From Vicugna vicugna (Eukaryota), in assembly GCA_013265495.1 (NCBI GenBank), contig MU058065.1, positions 1,449,527 through 1,513,526 on the forward strand: a stretch of DNA of 64,000 bases. The letters are read 5' to 3'. The notes under the pieces are model-generated. The model had not been told where the DNA came from, made no database searches, and saw nothing but the letters and a program-made list of their open reading frames with translations. Every line of letters starts with the position of its first letter. Position 1 is the first letter of the stretch. Of the stretch, positions 62,301 to 64,000 are shown piece by piece. Both the position numbers and the translations under genes were made by a program.

Positions 62301-64000
62301 AGGCCTAGAAGTCCCTTGACTTCACCTGTAACTTGGTACCCTTCTGTGCAACCCGCTGAATGCTCTGTCCCGGGGGGAGAGTGATGGTTAAAATGGGACG
62401 CACGCTGCTCAGTTCACTCAGCCCCTGATTCAGTCCTGCAAGGACCTGGTGGCTCTGGGTCAGTGATTCTCCCTTCCAGCCTTTCAGGAGCAGATATGAG
62501 CAACTGATCCCCCTTACCTGATATGATATATAGAAGAGAATAGAGGAAACCAAGTATTTTGCTGAAAATAATGGTTATAAAAATGCTCCCTCATGTGCTA
62601 TGTGTTTCTTTGAAAGGGTATGAATACTGCACTTGGGAAGCGAGTTGTCACACTGGTACAGTATTCCTCAAAGCTCGCTTTCTGTTGTAGAAAATCCAGT
62701 CCAACATGTGTTGTGGGACAGCTCTAACCCAGGGGGCCACCCCACCACCACTGTGACTGCGAGTTGCTCCAGCAGAATGGCCGACATGGAGAGGCAGGCA
62801 AGGGGGAGCTGGCAACCAGACGGTGGCCTCTGTTCTCTGTTGGCAGGGATAAGGAAGAGCAGATGCAATTATAAATAGAATTAGAGCCCAAACCAGGATT
62901 CCTTGGGTAGCTCAGTCAACACAAGGTTTTGTTTGATTCAATTTTCTAGATGATTTCATCAATGATTAGCCTAACTTGGTTAGTGGAGATCTGAAAGGAG
63001 AGCCAGCTTAAACATAGTCAGCAAGGCCAGCCTTTCCTTTTTGTCTGTTTTTTTTTTTCTTTTTTTGAGGGGCAGGCATATCTCCAGTTATTGGCTTCTT
63101 TGGCTAGACAGTGCTATCCACATTTTTTTTTTGATAAAGCGGAAAAAAAAAATCACTAAGAGACTGTTTAGAAATCTAAAAGAAAATGGACAGGCTGGAG
63201 AAGTATTCATGCTGAATAATTACCTTCGATGCTTTGTCCAAATGGCATACCAGGTCAGACTGCTGAATCAGTCAATCAGTCTCTGACTCACTCCCTCTCT
63301 CTGTTGCCCTGTTTCTCCCACTACAGTATCATTATTTCTATTTCTTTCCATGTAACTTATAGCTCTTTGCAGGAACAGTGAGATTTGTTCCTGGGGCTGA
63401 GCTGTCTCCAGAAATAAAAGTTGGATGGTTCATTCCATCCTAAACCCATCTTTTTGACTTAGTCATAGTGTCCAACCTTTGGAAATGCGTATCAGGGGCT
63501 TAGAGCTGGACTGAATGGTCCAGCCACTCTTGCTTTTTCCTGAAAATGAAATTATTGGATAATAGGTTTTGTTAAGAAATCCTGTCAAAAATTTCTCTTG
63601 GTTTAATTTTAGTCTTATTTGGGCTTTAGCTTGGAAAGTTAAAAATATAGGTAGGAGGATTCACTATTTGGGGAAGAATGTACATTTAAATGATACCACC
63701 ACCTAGGTTTTTTAATAAAATATTTGCCTTCTTACTCATATCGATCAACATGAAATTTCTTTTTTAGAGAAATTGTTTTATCTAAACAAATGCAAAGTAT
63801 GATATATTATTACAAGTGACCCTTCTTTTGAGCATTCAACCTAAGAAGTTTTCTGTATTTTGTAGAAGTCCAAATCAAAACAAAATCTTGACATGTAGAG
63901 CAGCTACTTTATATTTATTTTTACTTGCATATTTTATAAAGGCCACAGTAAGACATTCAAAAAGCAAATTATATGCTAGTGACTTGATTACATGGAAATA

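Noticed and set aside
1..64000. Gene symbols for the two flanking genes, or a novel multi-gene system
   Set aside because: The 44-aa peptide was not recognisable from memory, the second gene shows no coding sequence in the window, and no further coding exons or operon-like structure are supported.

Overview
Mammalian genomic DNA, most likely camelid: it carries a tRNA-derived Vic-1-type SINE and artiodactyl-type L1 3' ends, and I recognised no Alu, Bov-tA or PRE-1. Layout: (1) nt 1-~1200 holds the last two coding exons and 3' UTR of a + strand gene I cannot name (C-terminus ...DLVIFGQERKDDVLGIDPLIHRVAENIIK|MAGWDHQNLATFLDS*). (2) About 38 kb of repeat-rich intergenic DNA (L1, L2, MIR, MLT1 LTRs) contains a processed EEF1D pseudogene on the - strand (~32.97-33.84 kb). 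(3) A CpG island at ~39.1-40.6 kb is interrupted by a 544-N assembly gap that probably hides the first exon of a second gene. (4) About 24 kb follows that looks like that gene's first intron, probably on the + strand, with no convincing coding exon. Nearly all ORFs in the supplied track are chance or repeat-derived. I found no support for a new multi-gene system. The most interesting items are small: a heavily diverged but intact-looking EEF1D retrocopy with an open N-terminal frame, a 47-bp copy of CpG-island sequence next to a perfect palindrome 1.84 kb away, a twin-priming L1 inversion, and several L1 insertions with readable target-site duplications (TSDs). Repeat subfamily names are from pattern memory and repeat boundaries are approximate.
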